In this document: positions 9,349-21,467 of the stretch, one piece after another | How positions within the stretch are numbered: position 1 is the first letter of the stretch | Layout of the letters: each line of letters begins with the position of its first letter | Assembly (NCBI RefSeq): GCF_000143415.4 | Contig: NW_003314405.1 | Location: forward strand, 251,749 to 315,748 | DNA: 64,000 bases | DNA from: Selaginella moellendorffii | Taxonomy: Eukaryota > Plantae > Lycopodiophyta | Direction: 5' to 3' | Notes under the pieces: model-generated | What the model was told of the DNA's origin: nothing | The model's database searches: none | Seen by the model: only the letters and a program-made list of their open reading frames with translations | Position numbers and translations under genes: made by a program

Positions 9349-11536
9349 ATGGAGGCAGTGATAGTCGAGCCGCCCCAGGATGCGACTTCACGTATCGTGT
9401 GCTTGCCAGAGCTAGGGAGAGTGCAGGAGCGAGTTGTGCTATGCAGCTTATCCGGACGTAAGAGATGTGCACCTCTATTCTGTACATCTCGAACTTCTCA
9501 AGTTACGCCGATCTCGACTCATGGATCACATTCGAGCATCTCTGGAGCTGTCAACATTCGGTACTCCACGAGCTCTGGAGCTCGCATTCACAAAGTAAGA
9601 GTGTGCATTGTACTTTTCAAAAAAATATCGGTGGTTCTTTTGCAGGATGAATGAAGAGCTGCGGGCTCTGGTAGGATCATCAGATTGCCGGGTATGTGGT
9701 AATCTCTCTTCTTGTCAGATGNNNNNNNNNNNNNNNNNNNNNNNNNNNNNNNNNNNNNNNNNNNNNNNNNNNNNNNNNNNNNNNNNNNNNNNNNNNNNNN
9801 NNNNNNNNNNNNNNNNNNNNNNNNNNNNNNNNNNNNNNNNNNNNNNNNNNNNNNNNNNNNNNNAAAGGACGAAAAGCTAACCCGTCCAAGTTCTCTCTAC
9901 CGTCTCAAAAATGCTAGCCCCCCGCAAAGTAGCAGTCTACCTTTTTATTACCACAAGGTACTTACTCTTTTGTTGAAATTTGTTATTCTGAAAGTGTGTG
10001 CACACAGGAGCGGCTGACTACGGCAGACACTTACCTAATCGTTGCGTCGAGACACCTAAATTATCACATGGATAGCGATTTTACAAGCGTTTTCACCACT
10101 CGGATCGACGCACTTGTGAGTATTGTATGCTTCTGATCTGCAAACAAGCTTGTAATGGGCGAACTAGTACAGGGCCTCGAGGAAGCTTGCCGCCAGATTG
10201 CCGATGTAGGGTCTGATGATTGCAGGACATTCGCAGTAGTTCCTGTTGGAGAGCTGCTGCGACAGAAAGTGGCCAATGGAGTGACTCAAGAGGTGAGTGG
10301 ACAGCTACACAGCGCCGCAGAGGACATAGAGGAAAACCCAGTCGATATAAATCCCGAGCCTGCGGACGAATCTGAGTCTGAAGATGAAGATGTGCCTGAA
10401 GACCCGGATGAGTCTGAAGACGAACAAGCGATGGAGTTATATGATGTTAGACCCGATGGTTTCCTTCCCCTAGGTACGTACAGTACATCAATTATAGCTA
10501 TATAACCTTATTTCTGTTTTCAGTCAATGGGAACCCTCAAGTACCCGAACCATTTACCTCTTGCAAGCCCGGACCTCCCAGGGACCCCTGCATAAGAGTG
10601 ATGGACCTCAAGGTTCAAATCTACCTCTCGTTTTGTTTGTTTATCTGAGTTTGTGGTTTGAGATTTAGTGGCTTTTGATCAGGAAAAGGACCTCAAGCTT
10701 GTTTGTAAAGTCGGCTCTTGCAAGTTCGTGATTAAAAACGGGGACATAAAAGAGTGGTTTGTAGACGGAAAGAATGACGCTATTGTAGTTCCTGTTGGAG
10801 GTCAGATACACAGAGGTAAAGCAAAGGGGTGTTTGGCATTTGACATGAGCTTTTCTCTTTTCAGAAATATGTATTGCTACTGGTTCCTTTACTGGCTTGG
10901 ATATCATGTAACTGTCTTTCCTCATTTCCTTTTAAAACTTTTAACTGACTTGTTTCTCAGCCCTTCAGGAGGACTGCCAGCACCTAAAATCATTGTTATT
11001 CAAGGCCCAAAATACTACAAAGACAGGGACATGGAAGCTGCTGAGTATCTTGGTCTCACTTACAGGTATGCCAGAGTGTGTAGCAAATTTGATACATTGT
11101 GCTTTGTCTATTACAGGAACGCTATAACACTTGCTTGCAAGGAGGGCGTTAAGCACATAGCGTTCCCAGCTATCTTGTGCAGATATGGCGGGTTTGTACC
11201 CACACCTTACCTATTGTATACTGAGTTCGCATTGTGTTTCAGGTTTCCTCTGGATAAAGTGGCAAGGATTGCTGTAGAAAGCGTACAAAAGGCACTCAAA
11301 ATTGCTAAAGTGTCCATTGAGGTAAGCTTCCCTGGATTAGACATGCCTTTGTTATTCTGTGTTCAAAATTGTAGGTTCACTTTGTCATAAAGGACGAACC
11401 CACCTGGAGACACTGGGTAGCTGCAACAAACCTCCTTGCATTTAAGGATTATGATCGTTATGTATCTTGTCGGTGCAACAGACCCCCCTTTCCAGTCACT
11501 TCTGAAGGCATTCCAACTTTTTTTAGCTGTGATTGA
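9349..11536 (+). pseudogene. PP2C-like/macrodomain fusion gene, copy 1 (8-bp deletion in exon 1; N gap at 9722-9863)
   Basis: Collinear with the intact copy at 18481. Reads GTGCTATGCAG versus GTGCTAATTTTCCATGCAG, which shifts the frame. Confidence 0.7.
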
Positions 11537-12826
11537 GAATAGGTCATCATTGTCTTACCACATTGATAATCTATCACCTATTGAATATATTGAGAGACTA
11601 AGCTCAATATTGCAAGGGTTTTCAACATTAGCAAGTGCAAATTAACAATATAAATTTCTCATTTATAATTTATAATTTCTTTCTTTAGTGCCCTTTTGGT
11701 CTAAATGCATACATATTAATTAGTTTCTTAATTAGCTCAGGTTTCTGCTATTATAACAGTAAAAGAAGAATATTCAAAAAGTCTTACTAATAGACAACTT
11801 TTGATACTATTTATGATATGTTCTCCCCCCTTTAAAAAGATTGACATTCTTGTTGATGCACACTTGAGACCACTGCCAAAGAAACAACTCTAGAAAAAAT
11901 TCATGATATTCATATTTTGTGAGAAATGCATTAACTAAATAAGTTATATTGTTGATAATCATTACCAAATAGAATAGAATGGCATATGATTATTAGCAAT
12001 AATAATTAAATATAATATTTAATAAAGATAATCAACTATCCCAGATGATCAAGAACCAAAAGCTCAAAGAAGTTTATAACTAAATCCTATATAATAACAA
12101 TCATAAGTTTCATACTGACTAACTTTAATGTTTAAAAAGAAATCATGATATAACCTATAATTTCCACCTTAGCAAATTCATAGGCCAAAACTTCATAATG
12201 CAAAAGTTAATAAAGAGTATATCTATGTTAATTTAAAATCCATGCTCAACAAGTGATCACCAAACCATCTTTTATAAATTTTAACATGTAACACACTTTA
12301 TAACAAGTGTAATGAGAATTATCAATAATCAATAATTTCAAACTTAAACCAACAAGGATCTAACAAGTTTAGTATTAATCACTAATTCTTCATTTTGCAA
12401 AACTAGCTAATTAAGTCACTTTTCAAAGAAAAGCCAAAACTCAACCCTACTAAAAAAGTTCATCTATAATATAGCTAACACCCTCCCATGGGTCTATTAT
12501 AGAGATTATTTTCTTTGGACTCACTATGCCATCGCATTGACACCAACTTACCACTCAATTTATTGAATGTCAGTATAATTGCTAACTAGCAAATGCATGA
12601 ACATTAATAACATAAAGCTATAACCAAATCACCAATATTATCTTTGTCAAAACTCATGAAGCAAATTATCAATTTCCAATGAGGCTTAATTAATTACTAA
12701 CTATCTGAATAATTATAGATCAAAAATTTATCTTTTGCAATATATTGATGAAGAAATATCTCATTTCACTCTAATATCAACTCTACCAATGTTAATGTCA
12801 AGGTTTTAACATTGACATAGGCATGC

Positions 12827-14211
12827 ACTTGTTGAGTTCATCAATGTAGTGCATGTGCAGCCAAAACATCTAAAGGCATCACAAATCTATTATTGCTTCA
12901 AACTTCTATCCACCAAAAGTAAATAGCCTCTCTAAGAAGCTAGCTTGGAGAAAACACTAGTTACTAGGCTGGGGTCTTGTTTGTTAATAAAATTAACCAA
13001 ACAAATCACTTCACCAACTAAGAAATTACAACCTATAGAATCAAGAAAGAGCTCTTAATCTATTAATTCTTACTATATCTAAACTTAGTAAGTTTCTTCA
13101 TCAAACCACAAGCTTCACTCCAAATAATACCCTTTCATAAATTCCTTTAAGTTTTAGCTTTGCAACCATACTCCTCTTGGAACTCAAAGACTTTGATTTT
13201 TCATGAGGTGATGGCATTGTCATCCAAATAACATCTGCCAATCCCTAATCATCATCATCTATGGTTAAGACTAAAATGGTATTTAATCATATTTGAGCTC
13301 CTAACTTTCATTCTTGATTAATAAAAGCATCCTCAGCAAATGCTTAAGAATTTCATCTCTAACAATAGAGTACAAATGCCCTCAATTGTCCCAACTAATC
13401 ATTACTCATATCTTGGAGACCAACACAACAGGATTAGAGTCCTATTACATTATTCCATACTAATGCATTTAGAGTATGAGTTTGTTTTGAGCACTTTAAT
13501 TTTTTCAAAATAACATTATCAGACTCCACACCCTAGCCAGTAAAGATCAAATTAGCATCATTGACTCATAGAATGGGGTGACTAGTGCATATAGGGAAAC
13601 CATTCATCTTGTCCTGAGATCCAAATGAGCTTTTTAACTATAATAACATGTTATTAGAATTAGAATTACTATAGCTATTGGCACTAGACGTGCCCTCTAA
13701 TGAATCTTCCTTAAGAGATTTATATTGTACTCATTCCAATTACCAAATTTTGAAAGGCCGGTATTATTATTTATTGTTAGTACCTCCCAATGTCAGAATT
13801 GGATAATTCGTGCGTTTGCTACCTTCCCTAGATGTGGTATCTGTGTCTCAAAATCAAACCCTAATTCCCTATTATATCCTACCATCAAAAGTTGATAGGG
13901 TAGAAATTTAATTTAAGTATCACTGACACGAGGACCATATGATTTGACAAGTTATCATGAACCACTGAGAATATAAATGAGTACGCATTAGTCTTGAATC
14001 TAGTAAGTGCATCCCTTTTGAAGGTCAGGACTCTTTACACATATTAGTTATAGAATTACTATAGTTATCTGAGTAGTAAGGTACTATCAAATAAACTATT
14101 ATTAATTTAATAAGCCATTCACAATTTCACAATATAAAACAATTTATATTTATACATTCATGGCTTAATCTTTGAAACAGACATATGACTACTAGTAAGA
14201 TCAACTAAGTA
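12827..14211 (-). pseudogene. Degenerate 18S rRNA gene fragment, from the 5' end through most of the gene, copy 1
   Basis: Reverse complement begins TACTTAGTTGATCTTACTAGTAGTCATATGTCTGTTTCAAAGATTAAGCCATG (canonical TACCTGGTTGATCCTGCCAGTAGTCATATGCTTGTCTCAAAGATTAAGCCATG). Collinear conserved blocks continue to the GCAATAACAGGTCTGTGATGCCCTTAGATG-like block. Mostly C>T/G>A changes plus deletions. Confidence 0.92.
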
Positions 14212-17178
14212 GTTAATGCAAAGCACATATGTTCTAGCACCCAAAGATGGAGTGAAGGCAATGTATAACCAGCATCAACTAAGATGGCATAGTTGTAAGG
14301 TTCATATTTCAAGTGCCAAAGGGTAGCCAAAGCCCTCAATAGCTGAGTGAAGCTTATGCACAATAAGAACATATGCACACAGCCTTTACTCATTTTGGCT
14401 GGACTTGGACTTGACCTTGGCTATCCTCTACTTGAGCATCAATCCAAAAATAATAATTGAGCTATTATGAAACCTCTTTATGATGCAATTTCATAAGGTT
14501 TCTCATGCCCTTAGATCTTACTATATTTGAAATATAGACACAAGAGCATACTTGTGTGGTTAACATACTAACATAGTCTTGCTCATGCTTTGGATGATAA
14601 AAAATTGGATTACCTTGTGCTCACACAACTACTACCAATTTTTTTAACTCTATGCTAACATATGTTACTTACTTGATTCTTATCATAAAACACATGCGAG
14701 TGTACTTTATCCTATTGACATTAAACATTTGGAAGTGCTTGGCATGTTGCTACAAAAAATTCATAAACTTCTGGGACACCCACAAACAAAAAAAAGTTTG
14801 TAATGAAGATCTTAAGAAAGAAAAATTAGAATTTTGTTGTGGGCATTATAGCAAATGTAGTTATAATTGACACATATACACTATACCAACTTGAAGTTTT
14901 AAAACTTTTTATTAATTTCTTATCATTTTTTAGCTATAAACATTTTTATATTTATTTTTTTAAATATTTTTTTATTTTTATAAAAAAAATTATACTTCAC
15001 ATTTTTGCAAACTTTAAACAATTTTAAAACTTCCACATCATATATATGATAATAATACAGACATAAGAATGAGCCAAGTAAAGGCGTGTGTCTCTCTTCA
15101 TACTTGCTTTGTAGAGCTTGACTTTGTATCTCCAGGACCCTGGCTCAAAAGAATTGCGACAAGGAGCATGAGAAAGTAGCGACCTCGATCACGCCTATTT
15201 CTGGACTGGTCAAAGTATTAAGTGTTGAGAACCGGTTTGTCTCTTGACTCGAGAGTTACCTGGTTAATTTGAGTTGCATGATATAAATATATGTGAAGAT
15301 CCACTTGCGCCTTACTGGGAGGATCACGTCCTTGGCATGTCCCCAAACGCTACCTTGGCTGGAGCAGACACTGCAAGGCCACAGCCATGCAGAGTATAAA
15401 ATCGATAGAAACTCTTTGAAAAAACTTAAGTAAAAAGCATCTTGCCTCTGGAGGAACTTGTCAAAGCAGCTTGAGAATTAGAAGAAAACTTTCCGGAATG
15501 AAGATTGACACTAAAATATCAAACTGAAACCAACGTTGGAAAAGCAAGAAAGATAAAGCAAGTGTTACCTGTATGAAGTCTAGATATATTGATTCGATAG
15601 AAAATCGACAATAAAATGATTTACAATTAGAAAATATACTAGATAGAGCTCAAAGTACCTCTAGTGTCAGTGTCTTTCTCTCACATTTTTCTTTTCTAAG
15701 GAAGAAGTTTTATCCTAGTCTGTTGTAATGCCTGAAATCCAATCCACAGATATTTGTTGATACTAGTTAAATCTAATTAACATGGTACGCTCTCACCACC
15801 ACCAGCTAGCACATATCGGACAGTATGCGTTTGGGAGCTCTTCCAGGTAGACGCTGCTATGAAATTATCTGAAAATCGAAAATCAGACGCATTCATCTCA
15901 GGCCGGACAAGGAAAGTCATGCAAGAAGAAGTGCACTGATCTAATAAGCAATGCTAAGAGAGGGGTATGATACCAGAAATTCATGGCCGTCCAAGGTATG
16001 ATCAAGATCAGCTACAAGCTCGATGAAATGCCGGTGATCCTGTCCCTGCCGCTCCCTACCCTAGCTAGATCCAAAGAGAAACGCTCCTTTGGGGGTCATG
16101 AGCAATCGGAAGAAACTGAAGTTCGCGAGTATGAAGTGTTCTTATGGTTTGCAGTTCCCTGTTCTTTGTTGTTTATCAAGCTTGCAGGGAGGCCTTGCAC
16201 ACGACGAGTTCTTGATCATGTTCCTGCATGACAATTTTTCCCCAGCTTAATTTTCATTGTGAAGACTTGGGGATGGAGCGGAACAGAGGGGGCCCTAATC
16301 CTTGTCAAGCAACAAGGCAAACACTGTTTCGAAGACCAAAAAAACGACAGGAATGCTTCTTCTTCGTTTTTTGTTTTGGAGGGGTTCTCCTCAAAGAGGA
16401 AATCCCCAAGAGAGGGCTGGGTAGCTGGTCTTCGATCCTGCTTGTTAGTAGTTTCACACAATCGAAAATCCTACATCTAAGTGTGGGGCAGCCGGGGGCT
16501 TCGATTCCCCGACTTCCTCTCGCTTTGGCCGCCTCAACGTACTGTACAAAACAGTAGCGACAGCCCAAAACGAATACTGAGTAGCCACGTTGAGAATGGG
16601 CACCCCACCATTTTGATGGTTTGAGAAAAACATAACGCCTCCTCCCACGCCGCCTCCTCCCAGCGCCGCCGCCAACAGCAAAACCAGCCCCCTCAAAACT
16701 TACCCTAAACACTAGCCTTTAGATATATTTACACAGCATCCTAACCGTCAGATTAGCTGATCCGATGGCTGTGAATTGTTTAAATCTAAGCTAACGAAAA
16801 ATGCATGGTTAAATAAAGAAACTCATTAAAGTAAATGCGATAGTAACTATTAACTCATAAAGGTTGGAGCAAAGTTAATTTTAAGGCGGATTTTTTTTTT
16901 TTACTTTTAATATTCCTTTTCTTTAACTTTTTAATTTCACCTAAAACACCATCTATTAAATATGGCCTCGCTGGTGGGAGCAACTGTGGTAGAGCAAGGC
17001 CTAGAGCTGGTCATAGCTGGAGGGGCATGTTGCTCCATGTCGAAGTAGAAAGAAACTGCTGATGCCTCACAAATGCCAGCTCGCAATGAAGAACAGGCGA
17101 AGGATGGATACGTTGCTTCCATTCGGCAGCTTTCTTCTGCCTGGTTGCAAGCTCTGTGAATGAGAATGCTCTGTGAAG

Positions 17179-18147
17179 TTACAAGATTTTCTTGATTTGT
17201 TTCATGAATTCTTTCGTCACTAGTGTGTACGTGTGCTCTGTTGGGTGAATTAAATCCCAGAAAACATAATCACTTGGATTCCTGCACAGCCCGCTCAAGG
17301 TATTTTTGTGTGATAGGCAATTGGGGCAACAACCCCCTCCATTCTGGAATCCAAACTTATTTGGGTTCTCCACGTACGATTTGATCAGTGAATAGCCGTC
17401 AACAAATGCACCTCTCATCCCTGGGAATTTCTTTGCCACCCCCAAAACAATCGCCCGAGCTTGCCAATTGAATTGTTCTACTAAATCGTTGATCTCTCTC
17501 ACACAATTTCCATCCGACGTGACAATAGGCACACAGCCTAACGGCCCAAGGCTAGAGTAGACAATCTTCCTGAATCCATATTTATAAAGTTGCTCCAAGC
17601 CTTTCTCCAATAACACTAGCATTGCTTCCAAGTCTACATTAGCAAGGTTTTGAAGATTTGCCGCAATGTCATTGCCACCCGAAGATATCACAACCACAAA
17701 GTCATTGAGATTCATCATGGGGATCTTGTTGGCTAGCTGTCCAAGTTGTTTTAGCTGCTCATTAAACGACACGACACCCCAGTCGGAGTGAGTAGAATCA
17801 AGCAGTCCACTACCGTCTGACGCAAAGTTGATGCTTAGTGGAAGTTGGCTCCCACCTTTCAAGCCCAAGAATGGTTTTGAAAAGGGCAAACCGATCACTT
17901 TGTTTATCAGATCTGGAATTAGAAACCCATCGCTACACCTTCCTGATGGCTGGTTATACCTTGTCTTCCCATACAGCACAAAATCACAACGAGAAACAGA
18001 GTTCTTCACGTACTTGTTAGTTCCAACATCAAAGATTGAGTCTCCCATGTAGATAGTCCGCAGCTGAGGAACTGACCTCCCATACACGCACGCGCAGAGA
18101 GCCAAGATCGCAAACAAGAACACTAAAATCTTCGACGACGTCTTCAT
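17179..18147 (-). CDS. GDSL esterase/lipase, copy 2
   Basis: 322-aa ORF with the same catalytic blocks; variant N-terminus MKTSSKILVFLF. Confidence 0.95.
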   Translation of the reverse strand: MKTSSKILVFLFAILALCACVYGRSVPQLRTIYMGDSIFDVGTNKYVKNSVSRCDFVLYGKTRYNQPSGRCSDGFLIPDLINKVIGLPFSKPFLGLKGGSQLPLSINFASDGSGLLDSTHSDWGVVSFNEQLKQLGQLANKIPMMNLNDFVVVISSGGNDIAANLQNLANVDLEAMLVLLEKGLEQLYKYGFRKIVYSSLGPLGCVPIVTSDGNCVREINDLVEQFNWQARAIVLGVAKKFPGMRGAFVDGYSLIKSYVENPNKFGFQNGGGCCPNCLSHKNTLSGLCRNPSDYVFWDLIHPTEHTYTLVTKEFMKQIKKIL

Positions 18148-18480
18148 CTCGCCAAAACCTTCACGAGAGAACCTATTACGGAAAGCCCGTTTATATAGAG
18201 AAACGAGAAAAAGGTGAACTCACCTTTACAGCTGGGCTTCATGCCTTTTTGGATTAGAAAGAGCCTTGAACAAGTTTTTGTTGCTCTTCTTCTTCTAGCT
18301 CGCCAGTAGATGCGATTCACAAGGATTTCTCCATGCCACTCGCATCATTGGCTAGAACAGGGAAATGGAGCTCTCCTTTGCGCAAAGGCGAAGGATTAAG
18401 CAAGCAAAGTCAACACTCGATAACCCATAAAAATAACTCTAACGTAAAAAGGCTATAGGGCTTAGGGCTGTGCTGTGGCG

Positions 18481-20673
18481 ATGGAGGCAGTGATAGTCGA
18501 GCCGCCCCAGGATGCGACTCCACGTATCGTGTGCTTGCCAGAGCTAGGGAGAGTGCAGGAGCGAGTTGTGCTAATTTTCCATGCAGCTTATCCGGACGTA
18601 AGAGATGTGCACCTCTATTCTGTACATCTCGAACTTCTCAAGTTACGCCGATCTCGACTCATGGATCACATTCGAGCATCTCTGGAGCTGTCAACATTCG
18701 GTACTCCACGAGCTCTGGAGCTCGCATTCACAAAGTAAGAGTATGTGCATTGTACTTTTCAAAAAAATATCGGTGGTTCTTTTGCAGGATGAATGAAGAG
18801 CTGCGGGCTCTGGTAGGATCATCAGATTGCCGGGTATGTGGTAATCTCTCTTCTTGTCAGATGGATTATTGCTGTTTCTGTGAATGTTTACTTTGGTTTT
18901 ATAGGATTGGTGTGCGCAAAACAGGTCCTTGGTGGTGGTGCTTGGAGACGCGCATGTGTATGTATTTGGCCAGGCCCTTGCGTTGGTGATACTGTGCCGA
19001 AGTGGGAAGGACGAAAAGCTAACCCGTCCAAGTTCTCTCTACCGTCTCAAAAATGCTAGCCCCCCGCAAAGTAGCAGTCTACCTTTTTATTACCACAAGG
19101 TACTTACTCTTTTGTTGAAATTTGTTATTCTGAAAGTGTGTGCACACAGGAGCGGCTGACTACGGCAGACACATACCTAATCGTTGCGTCGAGACACCTA
19201 AATTATCACATGGATAGCGATTTTACAAGCGTTTTCACCACTCGGATCGACGCACTTGTGAGTATTGTATGCTTCTGATCCGCAAACGAGATTGTAATGG
19301 GCGAACTAGTACAGGGCCTCGAGGAAGCTTGCCGCCAGATTGCCGATGTAGGGTCTGATGATTGCAGGACATTCGCAGTAGTTCCTGTTGGAGAGCTGCT
19401 GCGACAGAAAGTGGCCAATGGAGTGACTCAAGAGGTGAGTGGACAGCTACACAGCGCCGCAGAGGACATAGAGGAAAACCCAGTCGATATAAATCCCGAG
19501 CCTGCGGACGAATCTGAGTCTGAAGATGAAGATGTGCCTGAAGACCCGGATGAGTCTGAAGACGAACAAGCGACGGAGTTATATGATGTTAGACCCGATG
19601 GTTTCCTTCCCCTAGGTACGTACAGTACATCAATTATAGCTATATAACCTTGTTTCTGTTTTCAGTCAATGGGAACCCTCAAGTACCCGAACCATTTACC
19701 TCTTGCAAGCCCGGACCTCCCAGGGACCCCTGCATAAGAGTGATGGACCTCAAGGTTCAAATCTACCTCTCGTTTTGTTTGTTTATCCGAGTTTGTGGTT
19801 TGAGATTTAGTGGCTTTTGATCAGGAAAAGGACCTCAAGCTTGTTTGTAAAGTCGGCTCTTGCAAGTTCGTGATTAAAAACGGGGACATAAAAGAGTGGT
19901 TTGTAGACGGAAAGAATGACGCTATTGTAGTTCCTGTTGGAGGTCAGATACACAGAGGTAAAGCAAAGGGGTGTTTGGCATTTGACATGAGCTTTTCTCT
20001 TTTCAGAAATATGTATTGCTACTGGTTCCTTTACTGGCTTGGATATCATGTAACTGTCTTTCCTCATTTCCTTTTAAAACTTTTAACGGACTTGTTTCTC
20101 AGCCCTTCAGGAGGACTGCCAGCTCCTAAAATCATTGTTATTCAAGGCCCAAAATACTACAAAGACAGGGACATGGAAGCTGCTGAGTATCTTGGTCTCA
20201 CTTACAGGTATGCCAGAGTGTGTAGCAGATACATTGTGCTTTGTCTATTACAGGAACGCTATAACATTTGCTTGCAAGGAGGGCATTAAGCACATAGCGT
20301 TCCCAGCTATCTTGTGCAGATATGGCGGGTTTGTACTCACACCTTACCTCTTGTATACTGAGTTCGCATTGTGTTTCAGGTTTCCTCTGGATAAAGCGGC
20401 AAGGATTGCTGTAGAAAGCGTACAAAAGGCACTCAAAATTGCTAAAGTGTCCATTGAGGTAAGCTTCCCTGGATTAGACATGCCTTTGTTATTCTGTGTT
20501 CAAAATTGTAGGTTCACTTTGTCATAAAGGACGAACCCACCTGGAGAGACTGGGTAGCTGCAACAGACCTCCTTGCATTTAAGGATTATGATCGTTACGT
20601 ATCTTGTCGGTGCAACAGACCTCCCTTTCCAGTCACTTCTGAAGGCATTCCAACTTTTTTTAGCCGTGATTGA
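18481..20673 (+). CDS. Putative ~530-aa, ~12-exon protein: PP2C-like pseudophosphatase + acidic linker + degenerate macrodomain (Appr-1-p processing family); intact copy
   Basis: Manual splicing at GT-AG introns gives a continuous frame from ATG 18481 to TGA 20671-20673. C-terminal GDIKEWFVDGKNDAIV, LPAPKIIVIQGPKY, IAFPAILC and EVHFVI match plant macrodomain proteins. N-terminal LVVVLGDAHVYV..VILCRSGK, LTTADTYLIVAS and GSDDCRTFAVV match the order of PP2C motifs (less certain). Confidence 0.78.
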
Positions 20674-20769
20674 GAATATTCTAGGTCATTGTTGTCTTGC
20701 AAGTCAATATCTCACCTATTGAATATATTGAGAGACTGAGCTCAATATTGCTAAATTATAACTTAGGAT

Positions 20770-21467
20770 AGGTAAAGCAAAGGGGTGTTTGGCATTTGAC
20801 ATGCGCTTTTCTCTTTTCAGAAATATGTATTGCTACTGGTTTGTGGTTTGCTACTGGTTCCTTTTGTAACTGTCTTTCCTCATTTCCTTTTAAAACTTTT
20901 AACGGACTTGTTTCTCAGCCCTTCAGGAGGACTGCCAGCACCTAAAATCATTGTTATGCAAGGCCCAAAATTCTACAAAGACAGGGACACGGAAGCTGCT
21001 GAATATCTTGGTCTCACTTACAAGAGTGTGTAGCAAATTTGATACATTGTGCTTTGTCTATTACAGGAACGCTATAACACTTGCTTGCAAGGAGGGCGTT
21101 AAGCACATAGCGTTCCCAGCTATCTTGTGCGGCTATGGTGGGTTTGTACTCACACCTTACCTCTTGTATACTGAGTTCACATTGTGTTTCAGGTTTCCTC
21201 TGGATAAAGCGGCAAGGATTGCTGTAGAAAGCATACCAAAGGCACTCAAAAGTGCTAAAGTGTCCATTGAAGTAAGCTGCGGATTAGACATGCCTTTGTT
21301 ATTCTGTGTTCATAATTGTAGGTTCACTTTGTCATAAAGGACAAACCCACCTGGAGAGACTTGGTAGCTGTAACAAACTTCCTTGCATTTAAGGATTATG
21401 ATCGTTATGTATCTTGTCGGTGCAGCAGACCCCCCTTTCCAGTCACTTCTGAAGGCATTCCAACTTT
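20770..21467 (+). pseudogene. Partial tandem duplicate of the macrodomain 3' exons (unit 2 only)
   Basis: Repeats ~19956-20657 with deletions that remove splice donors (e.g. CTTACAAGAGTG versus CTTACAGGTATG). Confidence 0.85.

Noticed and set aside
10668-11390. 240-aa ORF (also 29690-30412) as a standalone gene
   Set aside because: Reads through several stop-free introns of the spliced fusion gene.
12827-14211. Functional rRNA gene
   Set aside because: Universal positions are mutated, there are several deletions, and the 3' end, ITS, 5.8S and 25S are absent.
15050-16750. Short ORFs repeated in each unit
   Set aside because: Conservation is explained by the duplication, indels differ in unit 3, and no family is recognisable. 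Could be a relic or ncRNA, but this is unsupported.
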